A stretch of DNA of 64,000 nt. Origin: Zootoca vivipara. Its lineage: Eukaryota. Made by a program: the position numbers and the translations under genes. This document shows positions 49,736-62,100 of the stretch, in pieces; the first letter of the stretch is position 1, and every line of letters begins with the position of its first letter. The notes beneath the pieces were generated by a model, which ran no database searches, was not told where the DNA came from, and saw only the letters and a program-made list of their open reading frames with translations. The stretch spans positions 81,468,001 to 81,532,000 of the forward strand of contig NC_083276.1 of the NCBI RefSeq assembly GCF_963506605.1, read 5' to 3'.

Positions 49736-51026
49736 CTCCTCCACTCCTTCTTCCTTGGCAGAGAGGCGGACCATCATTTGGGGGTCTGCTTCAGGTGCCA
49801 AAATATATTGGGCCGGCCCTGCAACTAATAAATAATAGGTGCTTCCTGTCACATCATTATGTACATACATGCATCACTGCAGCAGTGGTTTTTCTTTTCC
49901 AGGGGACTGCTTCACACACAAATGTAATCATAATTAATACACGTTTGATGGTTCTATTCTTGGAGTCTGCAGTGAACGTTCTCTGTGCTCCTGGGACATT
50001 CCATTTGGATTTTCACATATTTGGTGTGTCCCCTCCAGATACTTAAAAGGTTGGAACCTTTTAGATCTGCAGTGGAACTATTACTTCCATGAGAAAGAGG
50101 ATATCCACCTAAGTATCATTTTTAGACTGGATCATTGAACCCTAGAAGTTAGTTTGATCCCACTTAAGTTCTTCAATCTGACATTTGAAGTCACCCTCCC
50201 AGGATATCCTAAGACAGGGGTCGATAAACTTTTTCAGCAGGGAGCCAGTCCACTGTCCCTCAGACCCTGTGGGGACACATTCTACTCATGTAAAAACACT
50301 CAGATTCCGGTACCATCCGTGGACTGAGAAGGCGATTGGGCTGGATCCGGCCCCTGGGCCTTAGTTTGCCTACCCATGAGCTAAGACCTTAGGCAGAGCC
50401 CATTGCCTGGCTTGTAAATATTGGATACCAAGCCTTTAGAATTCAGATATTTGAGCAGTTAAGGATCAGAAAGTTTAGAGAACATAAACAACCCCCCTGA
50501 CAAGCTAAATATTTAGCAAATGTTGTAAATTGAATTAATGGAATCCATTTATGTGCTGTATTTCCAATTAGTTAGGAGGTATGGTATATTGTGAAGTGGG
50601 CAAACAAACCAGCCATCTCATGTTAAAAGTTCTCATCTCCACTACAGAAGCGGCAAGCAGGAAGAAACAAGATTCCTTCGCTGATCCCTCTTCCCCTAGC
50701 TTGGTTTCTTAATTGCCTTTTCGTGCCATCATAGGTTTGTTGCTTTTGGTCTCAAACCTCTGCCTTTTCTTCCCTCTGGTTGCAAGAGACAGCAAACGTT
50801 GGCAAAAAACCCACCAGTTTTCATCTTTTAAAGAACAAAACTCCAGTTCATTGTTTCATTCGCATGAGGCTTCTCTTTCCCAGTGTTTTTCATGTTCAGC
50901 CATCAAAGTTGCAGCATCCGTGGGGTGTGTGTGTGTGTGGCAAGGAAGGAATGGAAGGGGTCAAAGCTCTGGTTTTCAGAAGTTTGGACCATCCATTGCA
51001 TTTCATGGCAAGTGGGCAGTCAGTGG

Positions 51027-51117
51027 CATAGCTGCCAAGTTCTCCCTTTTTTTAAGGGAAATTCCCTTATGCTGAATAGGCTTCCTCGCAAGAAAAGGGA
51101 AAACTTGGCAGCTATGG
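51027..51117. mobile_element. ~90-bp palindromic MITE (second copy at 54461..54550)
   Basis: TIR CATAGCTGCCAAGTT / AACTTGGCAGCTATG; two near-identical copies. Confidence 0.75.
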
Positions 51118-51767
51118 TCAGTGGGCTTTCTCTAGTGATCCTGCAATACTGCTGCCCCTTCAGTTTCTATTATTAGGGGCGGCAAGAATGTCACTAGCCA
51201 GTCAATGGAAATCTTTTCCACCTCCCTCAGTTGTTTGGCTTGGTAGAGTCTGAGATACAGCTCTCTCTGAGCATCTCACATATTTAAAAAAGGTTAACTA
51301 GGGGAGAATCTATATCAGATCATCTTTATGCTATTTGTGCTAAATTGTTGACATACAGTACATGAATACAACAAGAGACAGAACAATGGTCCAATTAAGT
51401 TTGCGAATATATATTTTAGAATATTGAGATAAAGTAAATTCTTAATGTTGCTTGTGATAATAAAAGATCCATGAATTAATGTAAGGTATTATTTTCCATT
51501 TTCTTCCCTTCCCTGATATCCATCCCAGTTCCCCCCCCCCTTGAATCAGTATGTTTGATGTTGCTTGTATTTTGTCTTTAATTTAAAAATTAAGAGTATT
51601 TAAAAAAAAAACACCAAACAAACCTTCTAACTCTTGGCTCAGAAGAACAAGGTGCTCTCAAAACAGGAAATCATCCTACTGACAAGTTTACTAGGTAGGT
51701 TTAAAAGTTTAATTTGTTGCAATGGAGGTGGACGATTGCCACTATACTGTGGATGGTCTGTGTAAAA

Positions 51768-51903
51768 CAGGCATCCCCAAACTTCGGCCCTCCAGATGTT
51801 TGGGACTACAATTCCCATCTTCCCCGACCACTGGTCCTTTTAGATAGGGATCATGGGAGTTGTAGGCGAAAACATCTGGAGGGCCGCAGTTTGGGGGTGC
51901 CTG
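51768..51903. mobile_element. hAT-type MITE, same family as 7529..7664
   Basis: Same TIRs; perfect 8-bp TSD GTGTAAAA. Confidence 0.88.
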
Positions 51904-52099
51904 GTGTAAAATCTTCACTGGGAAGACATTTCAGGGTCTCTGGTTAACTTTATAGCTACAATTCACCTGAAGAAGCCTGTCCAACTCTTGCCAAGTGAAT
52001 CCAGTCTGAATTGGTGAATTATTCGGGGATATTAATCTGCAGCTCATATGTAGACAACAAATGACAGACTCAACAATATTTGGAGAAGGCAATTCCATT

Positions 52100-54243
52100 T
52101 TAACAAATACACACTTTAAAACTTTATTTATATAAAAATCATTTCACTTTAAAAGCATTACAGAGTGAGCACAGGACTCAAGGAACAGCAGGATGTTCCC
52201 CTCCCCCAGGGGTGCAAAGGAAAAGCAAAACAAAAGAAGTCAGTGAATTATTAGTCCCTCTTACAGCATTGAATTGGTCAGTGGGGAAGGGGCTTTTTTT
52301 GGTTTATCTGGAAATAAAAAAGGAAATAGTGTTTTACATTAGAAAAAGTCAAGTGACTCCTCCCTCAGAAGGCTGATTTGCATGTTTGATCCCTCCCACT
52401 CCCCCCAAAAAGGAAAGAAAAACTGGGATAGGAGCATATCAGAGGCACCGAAAAATCTTCCACTTTAGGCCTTCCCCCCTCCCTCTTGTGCAATGTGGAT
52501 TGTTAGTGTGGAGAGAATCCCAGGAGTTGAGGGCAACAGAGTTCCTTCCAGTTACTAGGCAGAGGCAGAGGTTGGGAGGGAGGAGGGAGGGAAAGACTGC
52601 AGTCATCTTCCATAGAAAAAAGAAAGAAAGGTGGGAGTCACCAATATGGTGCCCAGAGCTAGTCACTATTGTCCCTTTTACTGCTGTTTTGCAGATTAGG
52701 ACAAAGATTGTAAGCAGACCCTCTTAAGTTCCTCTTGCTCCCCCAAACAGGTGAGCTATTAAGGTGCACAGCGTAACCCTCGCCTAACCATGCTCTCACA
52801 CCTCTCCCCAACCCACGAGCCCTTTAGGTGGTTGACAGATTCATTCCTGATCTCTCTCACTCAAGTAGGATGCACCACTGCAATTACAAATGGCAACATC
52901 AGGATTCTGGTTCTAGTTCGGGGGGCGGGGAGGGAGGGAAGGGGGGGGAGAGAGAGAGAGAGAAAGCAGGAGCGCAACTCTGTGCCAAAATATCCATCTC
53001 CCCAGCCCAAGCCCTTTTGCCTTTCTCACACAAAACTACCAAGGGCGCAAAGCTTTTTCACAGTGGCGAAGAAAGGCACGTGTACATAGTGACAGATTTA
53101 AGAGTTTTCATTCCCCTGCCTGCATGGGAGGATTTGGGCAATATTTACAGACGAGAGTCTTCCCTCCCTCACAAACTTTCCACATCACCCAGCTTCCCAA
53201 CTTCAACAGCCTTCTGCACTTTTTGCAGCCCAACCCAGGCACCCACTGCTTAAGCCAAAATTGGCCACCGGCAACCCCAAAACCAGACACAGCCAATGTG
53301 GTTCCTCTGCTCTCCGACAGCCAACATCACTGCTTCTAGGTATGGAGACTTCCATCCCTTTCACCAACTTTCACTTAACGTACTCCGGCCCGATTCCACC
53401 TGGTCCCTCAACCCCCCTGCACCCCGAACTGCTCTCCTCCCACAAATAAATAGCTTCCTAGGCGCTGATTTAATCCCTCTCAGATTAAAACTACCAAGAA
53501 GCAAGAAAACGGGAGGAAACAGATGCAAACCCACACATTCTTCCTCAGCCTAGGAGGATACAGAGGGCTGTCATCTCAAAGAGATATTCTTTAAGGCCAT
53601 CTTGCATCCAGATGGCAGTCACCCACAAGCTGTCCCTCCTTTGTCATCCCCTCCCCCTTCCCTCCCTCCCAAACCACCACCACAACCACCACCAGGAATG
53701 TTCCAGTACTTCCAGCATCCTTTGTTGCAAGAAAAGAAGAAGAATCACACACAAAAATATATTCTATAGGCTAAGAGAAGGAGGAGACTGGTCCTCTGAG
53801 TTCTTCTCCATGAAGAGAGAAGACACTGCATTTAAGAAAACAAAACAAAAAAACCCTAGTTCCAGTATCGTAGGTTTTCAGCTGAGATCCATCTGCACCA
53901 CGGGCTTCCACCATCTGCTGCAGATGAGAAGCTTGTAATTTCATAGTGTTCTGCCTTAGTTGCTTTAGTGAGATCCATTGGGAGCATTTGGTCTTCAGGA
54001 ATTGCTGCACTTTTGAAAAATGCAGACAAAAAGAAGTGTCCAGGGAATTGGATGGGTGCAGCTGTCTACAGGGAGGTGTGAGGCCCTGTGGGCTCAGGCG
54101 GGGCCAGTCATTTGGCGCTGGGTGTCTGGACTTGTGTGCCCAAGAGATTTTTTTAAAAAGAGAGAGAGTCAGTCCATTTCACCACAAAGTGTTATACAAA
54201 GTATGTTATAAACCCAAAACAGAGAAGGCAGATGGTGGCAGCT
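52100..54243 (-). other. CTNND1: CTNND1 3'UTR (~2.1 kb)
   Basis: No transposon recognised from the stop codon to AATAAA (minus strand, 52123..52128). Confidence 0.7.
52123..52128 (-). terminator. Probable CTNND1 polyadenylation signal
   Basis: AATAAA on the minus strand followed by GT/T-rich downstream sequence. Confidence 0.65.
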
Positions 54244-54255
54244 CTAGATCTTCTG
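54244..54255 (-). CDS. CTNND1: CTNND1 last coding exon (QKI*)
   Basis: ttccacag|CAG AAG ATC TAG. Confidence 0.92.
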   Translation of the reverse strand, partial: QKI

Positions 54256-56096
54256 CTGTGGAAAGAGACAAGAAAGTCAAGGTTAACATAGCCATAAGTC
54301 CAATGGCAACAAGGAGAAGATTTATACAGAGCAAGCAGGCATGGAATCAAGCAATCCAAACTCCAAGTGTCCTCAGGGAAGCGGGTCTCTGAAAAGTGGA
54401 TTGTTAAGCAACGTCCCAGATTTTGCCCCTGCGAATGCTTGATTTGTTGATTTGAGGAACCATTGCTGCCAAGTTATCCCTTTTTTTAAGGGATTTTCCC
54501 TTATGCTGAATAGGCTTCCTCGCGAGAAAAGGGAAAACTTGGCAGCTATGTGAGGAACAGGCCAGATTTTCCTCTCCCCTGCTTTTGGATACAGAAGCAG
54601 AAGAGCACCAAAGCCACGGGACATACCATAGGAGGATAAAGCAACGGGTCACTCTCCGCAAAGGATTCCTGCCCTTCCTCCTGCTGTAGACACACACATT
54701 GTTAGTAAGGACGGATTGTTATGTCGGAAGGGGAGAAAAGGGAGCAAGAAGTCTAACTGAGAAGCCACTGGGGGAAATGAAAGAGAGGCTGAGTTGAAGG
54801 TGTGAATAGTCAACAAAGACAGGGGTTAGGTGTTTAGTTAACAACTCTTTAGCACCCCCCCCAAAAAAAAAACACTGGTGTGTGTGGGGGGGGGGGGAGA
54901 TGGTTTGTACCAATACTATTCCCAGTGCATTATCCAGTTCTGGAAATCCTTGGCTTTCTAAGCTTTGAGGGTTTTGTTTGTTTTTAAACCTAACAAGGGG
55001 TATATAAACTTCAAAATAAGCTTGGACAGCAAGCTTCTCTTGCTCTCACCCCGTCCTTTTTGCTACCCGTGCCCAGAAACACCTATGCCGCAGAGGTCTC
55101 CCTCAATGGGCATATCCCGGTCTTTACCATCAGTGGGGCTCCCTTCATAGATTCCATTTCTTCTCCAGATCGTTCCAATGTCCTATTATGGTCCCGCTCA
55201 TTCAGTGTAGAGTAATTGTCTGAAATGAAGAGGAAGGCTTGATATGAGGAAATGTCACATGGGCCCAAGGTAAGCAAGGACACACTCTTCCCTTCCTCTG
55301 CGTCGAGAGTCAACTTACATCTCCACAGCCAGCCAGGGAACAAGCATCATCTTCTCCTTCCTTGCTGATTTACAAATGAGAAGATGTGTGCACTCTTTTC
55401 TCTCCATTCGGTCGTTCTCCCTACTAGCTAGCTCAATGGAACTGGGGGAAGGGGGGAGAGGACTCGCCACAATGCTGCCTAGCCCTGGGACACCCTAGAG
55501 TGTAATGAGCCCACTAATTTAAGGGAGAGAGACATACACCAGCCTTAGTTTCTGAAAAAGCTGTGTCAACCTGAAGATAACGAGCATGTATTAGCTGTAA
55601 GCATCTAGAGGGGAAAGATGAACCTGTTTCATTTTGGAAAGGCTAGAAGGGATCTATCATAGGCCGATTGCCTATCTAAAAGCAAGGCTATCCCCCTAAT
55701 GCAGCTACCTACTGCATTTTATTAGCAGGATGCAAGCGCACTGAAGCCAGAGAAGCTGTACTCAACTTACCTTACCAGTAATAGCACTGGTTGTGCTTTA
55801 GTCCTAGCAAAGCTACACTTCCAGCAACTAAGTGGCAGGAGGATTAGCTGCCTCTGTGGGGTTGATGGACAGCACTGGCAAGGACCTAGCACAGCTGGAC
55901 TGGATATGCATTGGTGTGTTCACATGTACAGGACTCAGTTAGGTGACAAATCACCTGTGGCCCACTAGGTTTTGGAGACAGGTTTAGAACACTTCACAGC
56001 TATACATAGAAGGGTGCTGAAGTTTATCCAGCAGTACTGAATGAGTGAGTCAGTCAGTCAGTCAGTCAATCAATCAATCCTCTACCCCTCCCCTCT

Positions 56097-56128
<32 letters not shown>

Positions 56129-59100
56129 CACTGAATTTCCAATACCTGGTCCCATGTTGCCCATTTGGATCTCCTCTCGAGAAGATTTCTTGTCTGCACA
56201 GAATATAAAAATCAGAGCAGTTAGCAACAAAGTCCTTGCTCCTCGTTCTGACTAATGTGGGACTTGTCTTATCTATAGCAGCATTAACAGTAACCCATTC
56301 AATTAAGGTCCCAGCAGAAGTTTCCCACCAGCAGAAAGACTGCTGGCAATTTTGGTCACCCCCTTTGACTATGCCTGAAGTACTGATTAGGAGCAAATAT
56401 TAATATTCTTAAAATCCTTCAGATTGCAACTTTCGACAGTTCTGAATGATGACGTTTTGTGTTGCTGCAACACTGAGCCACCCTTTCGAAAAACAAATGC
56501 ATTCACTCTTTTTATCTTGCTCTTTGACTAATGAGCTCTCATTGCAACTCAGTGATAATGAAGAGTGTCTTAAACAAAATAAATCTCATGTTAAACGTTA
56601 CAACTAAAATCAGTATTAAATAGATTTCCTTTGCAGTGCAAAGGGAAAAAAGCAGAAAGCCACGATCACTCCTGAAAGTGTATCCTTAAGGACAACATCT
56701 CTGTTGTTTTTTAAATGCTCTAAAGAGAACTTTATATATGAATACTGCAAGTATCCATGCTGGATGGCTCTCCCCTGCAGATCTCCCAGTTGGAATGTCA
56801 GGGCCCAGTCTATTCTCTGGTCAGTCAAGTTTTCTACGTCTACATTTTGTTACTGTCCCTCCCCACTGCTACTGCCCCACACAGGAGGAGTGCATTCAAA
56901 ATACGTGACACAGCCTCATCCATGCCATGGGATGCTTGTGTGGAAACCTAAGTTCAATGTTATTAACATGATAGGATGGAGGGAGAGAGAATAATATGTG
57001 GGTAAGTGGCCACCGCTCAGTGAGAGAGCCCATGTTTTGCAGGTTCAAACCCTGGTGCCTCCAAGTAAGGCTGGAAAAGCTTCTCTCCCAAGCCTAAAAA
57101 TCTTTGGAGAGCCACCATCATGGGTCAGTGGTCTGGCCTCGTCTAAGGTAGCTTCCTATGTTTCATTCTCCTCTGCCACACAAAAAGCCCAAGGGGCCAC
57201 ATGAACCTTTCTAGCCTGGATATACCACTAATCTTGCACTTACCTCCTTTTTGGTTCTTATCAATGAGGGGCAAGGTGCTGTCATCAAAGGAGTTGCCAC
57301 CCTGGCTTCGAGTACTGTTACTTCGGTTCACCTGAAAAGAAGGAACCAGCCGGTAGATTTAAGCTGCCATTAGTGCTGATGTTCCTAGCTACCTAGGTAT
57401 TTCCTCAGCACTTCAAAGCATAGGCTGCCATCCATGGGGCTCTAGGTGCACCCCAACACCATACAAACACACCCATTGAAGAGGGCAGGGCTGCAGAAAC
57501 AAGCTTTCGCAGGTGTTGAATGCAGCTTGCCCTGAGAAGCTAGGCCTTCAACTGAAAGGCTGGATTCACCCTTTGCTCTTTCGACGCAGTGTGGTGTAGT
57601 GGTGAGAACGCTGAACAAGGGAGGAATCCATTTTGAACCAATTTGTACATGATTTTGGCAGTTCTGACCTCATCAAGCTTTGCTTTTGCATTGGACCACC
57701 CTCGTGCATCAAGCGCCTGAACCCAGTCCAATTAATTATATGCAAAATTATACAAAAGAAACAACATTGTGCTATGTCAAGTGTTCGGACCGGGAGAAGC
57801 ATTTCTGCTTGCCGGTCGAAATGACACCCCCTCTCCTCCCCCACATGCTGTTCTGGGGGCTCCCCTGACCTCTCCAGTGTCAATTTGGAGGGCGTGTGGG
57901 GACCCCCCGTTGCAAAAGCCTTTCTGCTGATGGGGACTCGTTTGTTGAAACCCACCCCTACATGTATAACAGTCAAAACACACGTTGTGCAATATTTCTG
58001 CGGCATAATTTGATATGTATATTAATATAACTGTATTTATATAGTTATATGCAGTGTTGTATTTTTTCTGTTTATGTGCTGGTTACTTTAGGAATCCTAG
58101 AGTGTACGTCTGTACACATATTAAGACTGTGCATAACATGTGAGAATTGTTTGTCTTTTTAGTGGAACTGAAGTGTGGAGAACTCTCTTCTTGACGAGTG
58201 AGGCGGGGATTAGAAAAAAAATCCATGTGGATAAGCTCAACATTGGGGTTTTCAGAAAATTCCACCCCTGGTTTAACTCCCAGATACCTGGAAGTCAGAC
58301 TTCTTCCATCCTTCCTTCTCCAGTGGCTTCCGCAATTCCTTATACCCCCAGATTGTCTGCAGTACAAGAGCAGCTGCTCTGATTTCTCTCTCTGAGCGGT
58401 TCCTAGGAGAGAACAGAAGATTATTGCAAAAGAACAAACAGCCCAGCCCATAAGCCTCCTAAGAGAAGGATGGGGGGTTTGTAGAAATCTGTGCAGGCAC
58501 CCTCTACCTAACCCCCTTTGGAGCTGCACCCACCCAGATTTGTTGATCAGCACCAGTTTCTCAATGCCTTGCGTCTCCCGCAGTTTCTTGGCTGCTTCCA
58601 AGTTATCCAGAATGACCTCATTTATGGTATTTAACACAGAGACCACAGTATCTTCAGAGAAGTTCTTAGCTGGCGTTTGCTGTCCCCCTGGCAAATTCTT
58701 CACTAAACTGGGGATGGCATGCTTGCCTAAGAAAGGGAGAAGATCAGCGTCGGTTAGGGGGAAAGGAACAATATAAACAGAAGTGATCAGAAGACAGAAG
58801 CAGAAGTTCCCAACAGACTCTTTGAGACCTCGAAGGCTCTCCTACCATGAAACTGATATAAGGCACAGGCTGAATATAGCGGAAGATTCTGTTCTCAGCT
58901 GATCAAGGGAATGCAACTGTCAGAACTTCATTCATTTACCCGGCAGAGCAAGTTGCCAGCCAAGCCTTATTTAGCTAGGTGACAGGAAAATGCTAGTGCT
59001 CTTGTTGGGACTACGACTCCCATCAACCCTTACTTTGGAGCCATGTTGTTTGGGGTAGACGGAAATTGAAACCCTCAAAACACTTGAACCTTGCATCACT

Positions 59101-62100
59101 TTATGCCAGTTTCCCCAAATCCGGTGCCCTCTAGAGGCTGTTGGGACTCCAACTTCCAGCACCCCTAAACTTGGGCCATGCTGACTGGGGCAGATGGAGG
59201 GCACCAGGTTGGCAAAGGCTTTTCTCGCCAACCTCCACCTTCCAATATTCTACTATGATTCTTGATCAATAATGATCAACCACCCACAAACAATGATCAT
59301 ACTGCTTATGGGCACAGGGACCCTGCCCACCTTTTAAAAACAGTGCATTCCCTGGCAGTGAGCATCTTTCAAGAAACAGCATGAGTTGTGTTTGGTTTGG
59401 CCAATTCTTGGCATAACTCAGCTAGCATGTGTTTTGGAAAGGATCTCCCCCCCCCAAGAAAAGTGTTACCCACACCAAACTGCTGAGACAGGATAAGAAA
59501 TCCACCAAAGTCCCTTCTCTTCCCGCCTTTCCTTCCTTCTCTCACCTATCAGCTCTTTGTTACGGGAATCCACTGCCAGGTTGCGCAGGGCTCCAGACGC
59601 AGCTTTCACCACGCGCTCGCTGTCATAAGTTAGCAGGTCCGCAATGGCAGAGAGGCCTTTCTCCTGGCGCAACGCAGAGCGGATGTACCGACCGTACTGC
59701 AAAGAGGGAAAACACAAGACACTTGGCTTTAGTGAAAGAGCTACATGAGAAGCAATTAGATCTACCCAAGAAGTGGGCTCCATACGCAGGAATACATATT
59801 TTTTTCTGAACAAAATGCCCCTGGCCTTATCTCTGCGTTCCCACAACATTATTACAGTGAGAACTCAGTTTCCTTAGGAATTCCCATAGCAAAAGTTCAC
59901 AGTCAATCCAATGCGGAGACCAGCTGTTTGTTTTTATAGTTAACACCCAGCTTGCCAAATGCCTTCTTAACCACAATGTTGACTTCACTATTCCACTCCG
60001 GAAATTCCCCATCAGGCCGAGACTACAGCCTAGACATGAAAAACTATCCAAAGGATCCGTGAATGGACGGTCCTTGCAGCCATGAAAGGAGCACGGAGAA
60101 CATTGCCAGGGACTTCCATGGCGGCTGCCTTCTAAATTGGACCTGCTTGTCCAGTTCAACATGTGCTGGGATGCTAGGAGGGACCGGATGGGACTTCCCC
60201 TCACTTATGCACAATGAGGCCTCTCCGCTTTGCCCGCAGCCTTAACTACAAACCTTTGCCAACTACAAACCTTTGCCAAGATAGGTCTTTTTTAATTAAA
60301 GAAAAAGGTGGATCCCAGTTTGCAGTCCCTGCCTCTCTCGGGTGGCCCACTCACCGTCCAACGGCCAGCACACAAATTCTGGATGGCTCCTGCTGAAGCT
60401 TCTAAGATAGCTTGAGTTTTGCTCTCCTTCAACAGGGAAATATATATGCGGACAATTTCCGGCTGGAAAAGGAGCTCATAACCTAGCAAAATGGAAGAGA
60501 AGGAAGTTTCACGTCAAGCCTGCCAAGCTCTCTTTTAGGTACCCCCACCAGGAACAAAGGAAGCTGCCTTATCATGCACTTGGGTTTATTTAGTTCAGTG
60601 CTCTGAACACTGATCATGACTCCAGGACCTTCCGCATGAGAAGGGAGATGGTTACCACTGAGCTATAACTCTTCCCCAAAGAGCTCCTCACAATATGGGT
60701 GGTGGCCCAAGGGGGGGGGGGGTAGCAGTGCCCCTTGGTTTTTAAAAAAAACCTTCCCATGGCAGACCTGCCTGGTGCCAACACTGCCTAGCACTGAAAT
60801 AATGGCAAATACGTATTTTCCCCCCTTAGCATATTAGTGTGTGTGTGTTTTGTCAACTGATCTAGACACTCTGCTGGATCAATGCTATTCAGTCACCTTT
60901 CAGGTAAGGCAACTGCAGCCACAGAGCAAGAATGGCTATTTTTCCAGCACACCTGCGTGCCACACCTTTGCTGAGAAGTTCAAGGATCTCCCACCTTCAC
61001 CCAAACCCTGTGCACGTCTCATGTCCTTTGCCTGCATTAAAGGCTGATCATGTGGGAGCTCACACAACAAGATACCACACATGAGAAGTAGTTAAAACAA
61101 ATTTACACCGCCCCGCCCCCCCATCCAAAAGTGAGAAAGGGGTACCTTTAAGAAGCTGCCTTAAACCAGATCAGGTTTTTGTCCATCTAGCTCAGTGCTG
61201 TCTATTCTGACTAGCTGTGGCTACTCAGCGTCTCAAGCAGAGAGGCTTCGCTACTATCGGAAATCAGGCGAGCCATTGCCCTTGCCCAGAAAAAGGGTAA
61301 GAAACATTACCTTTTGCAGGGGTTGGTCTTTTGGGGAAGTCTACGATATCGGTAGAAGGATCCTCTGTCGGTTTTTTACCTTGTAGGGAGGGAAACCCAA
61401 GCAAACAATATTAGGAAAGAAACTGGGGAGGGGGAGAATTTCCAAAAGCTCACCATCACCAACACAGTGACCCCCGTACTGTTGGCGATAACTGGCAGTG
61501 GATCTCCAATCACAGTGTCTTTGTGCAGTACTGCTACCAGAGATCCTTCAACTCAAGGGTGGGGAACCTGTGGTCCTCCCTAGGTTGCTGGGCTGCAATC
61601 CTCATCATCGCTGAGCACTGGGCATGCTGGCTGGGACTGACGGGAGCTGGAGTCCAGCAGCAACCAGGGGGTCATTGGCCTGATCCAGCAGGCTCTACTT
61701 CTGCTCTTTCCACCCCCACCCCGCCCTTGCTTTAACTGGAGTTGCCAGGAATGAATTAACGGATGCAATCTATTCTAAACAATTTACTAACATTTGACTG
61801 AACTAAGTACATTGTATATGCGAGGAATGCTTCCTGTGGGGTGGGAGTATAGGGGAATTGTTCGTTATATGTATTTTTAGAAACTGAAAGATAAAGAAGG
61901 ATTTTTAAAAATCACCGAGCTCCAGTCCCACTCTACCTCAGTTCAAAACTGCCAAGGCTAGAGAAGCACATAGACTTAGCAGCCCTGCACAGCTGCCAAG
62001 TAAAACAAGGCCTGACTTCTTGCTGTTCCGCACTAACCGCGCCACACCAGCATTGAGATTAGGGCTGGTGCTCTCCTGCCTCAGGCGGCTGTTGCACCAC

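Noticed and set aside
56146-56193. CTNND1 exon A shorter than human (48 vs 63 nt) as a novelty
   Set aside because: Frame-preserving, and I recall a similarly short form in birds, so probably ordinary for sauropsids
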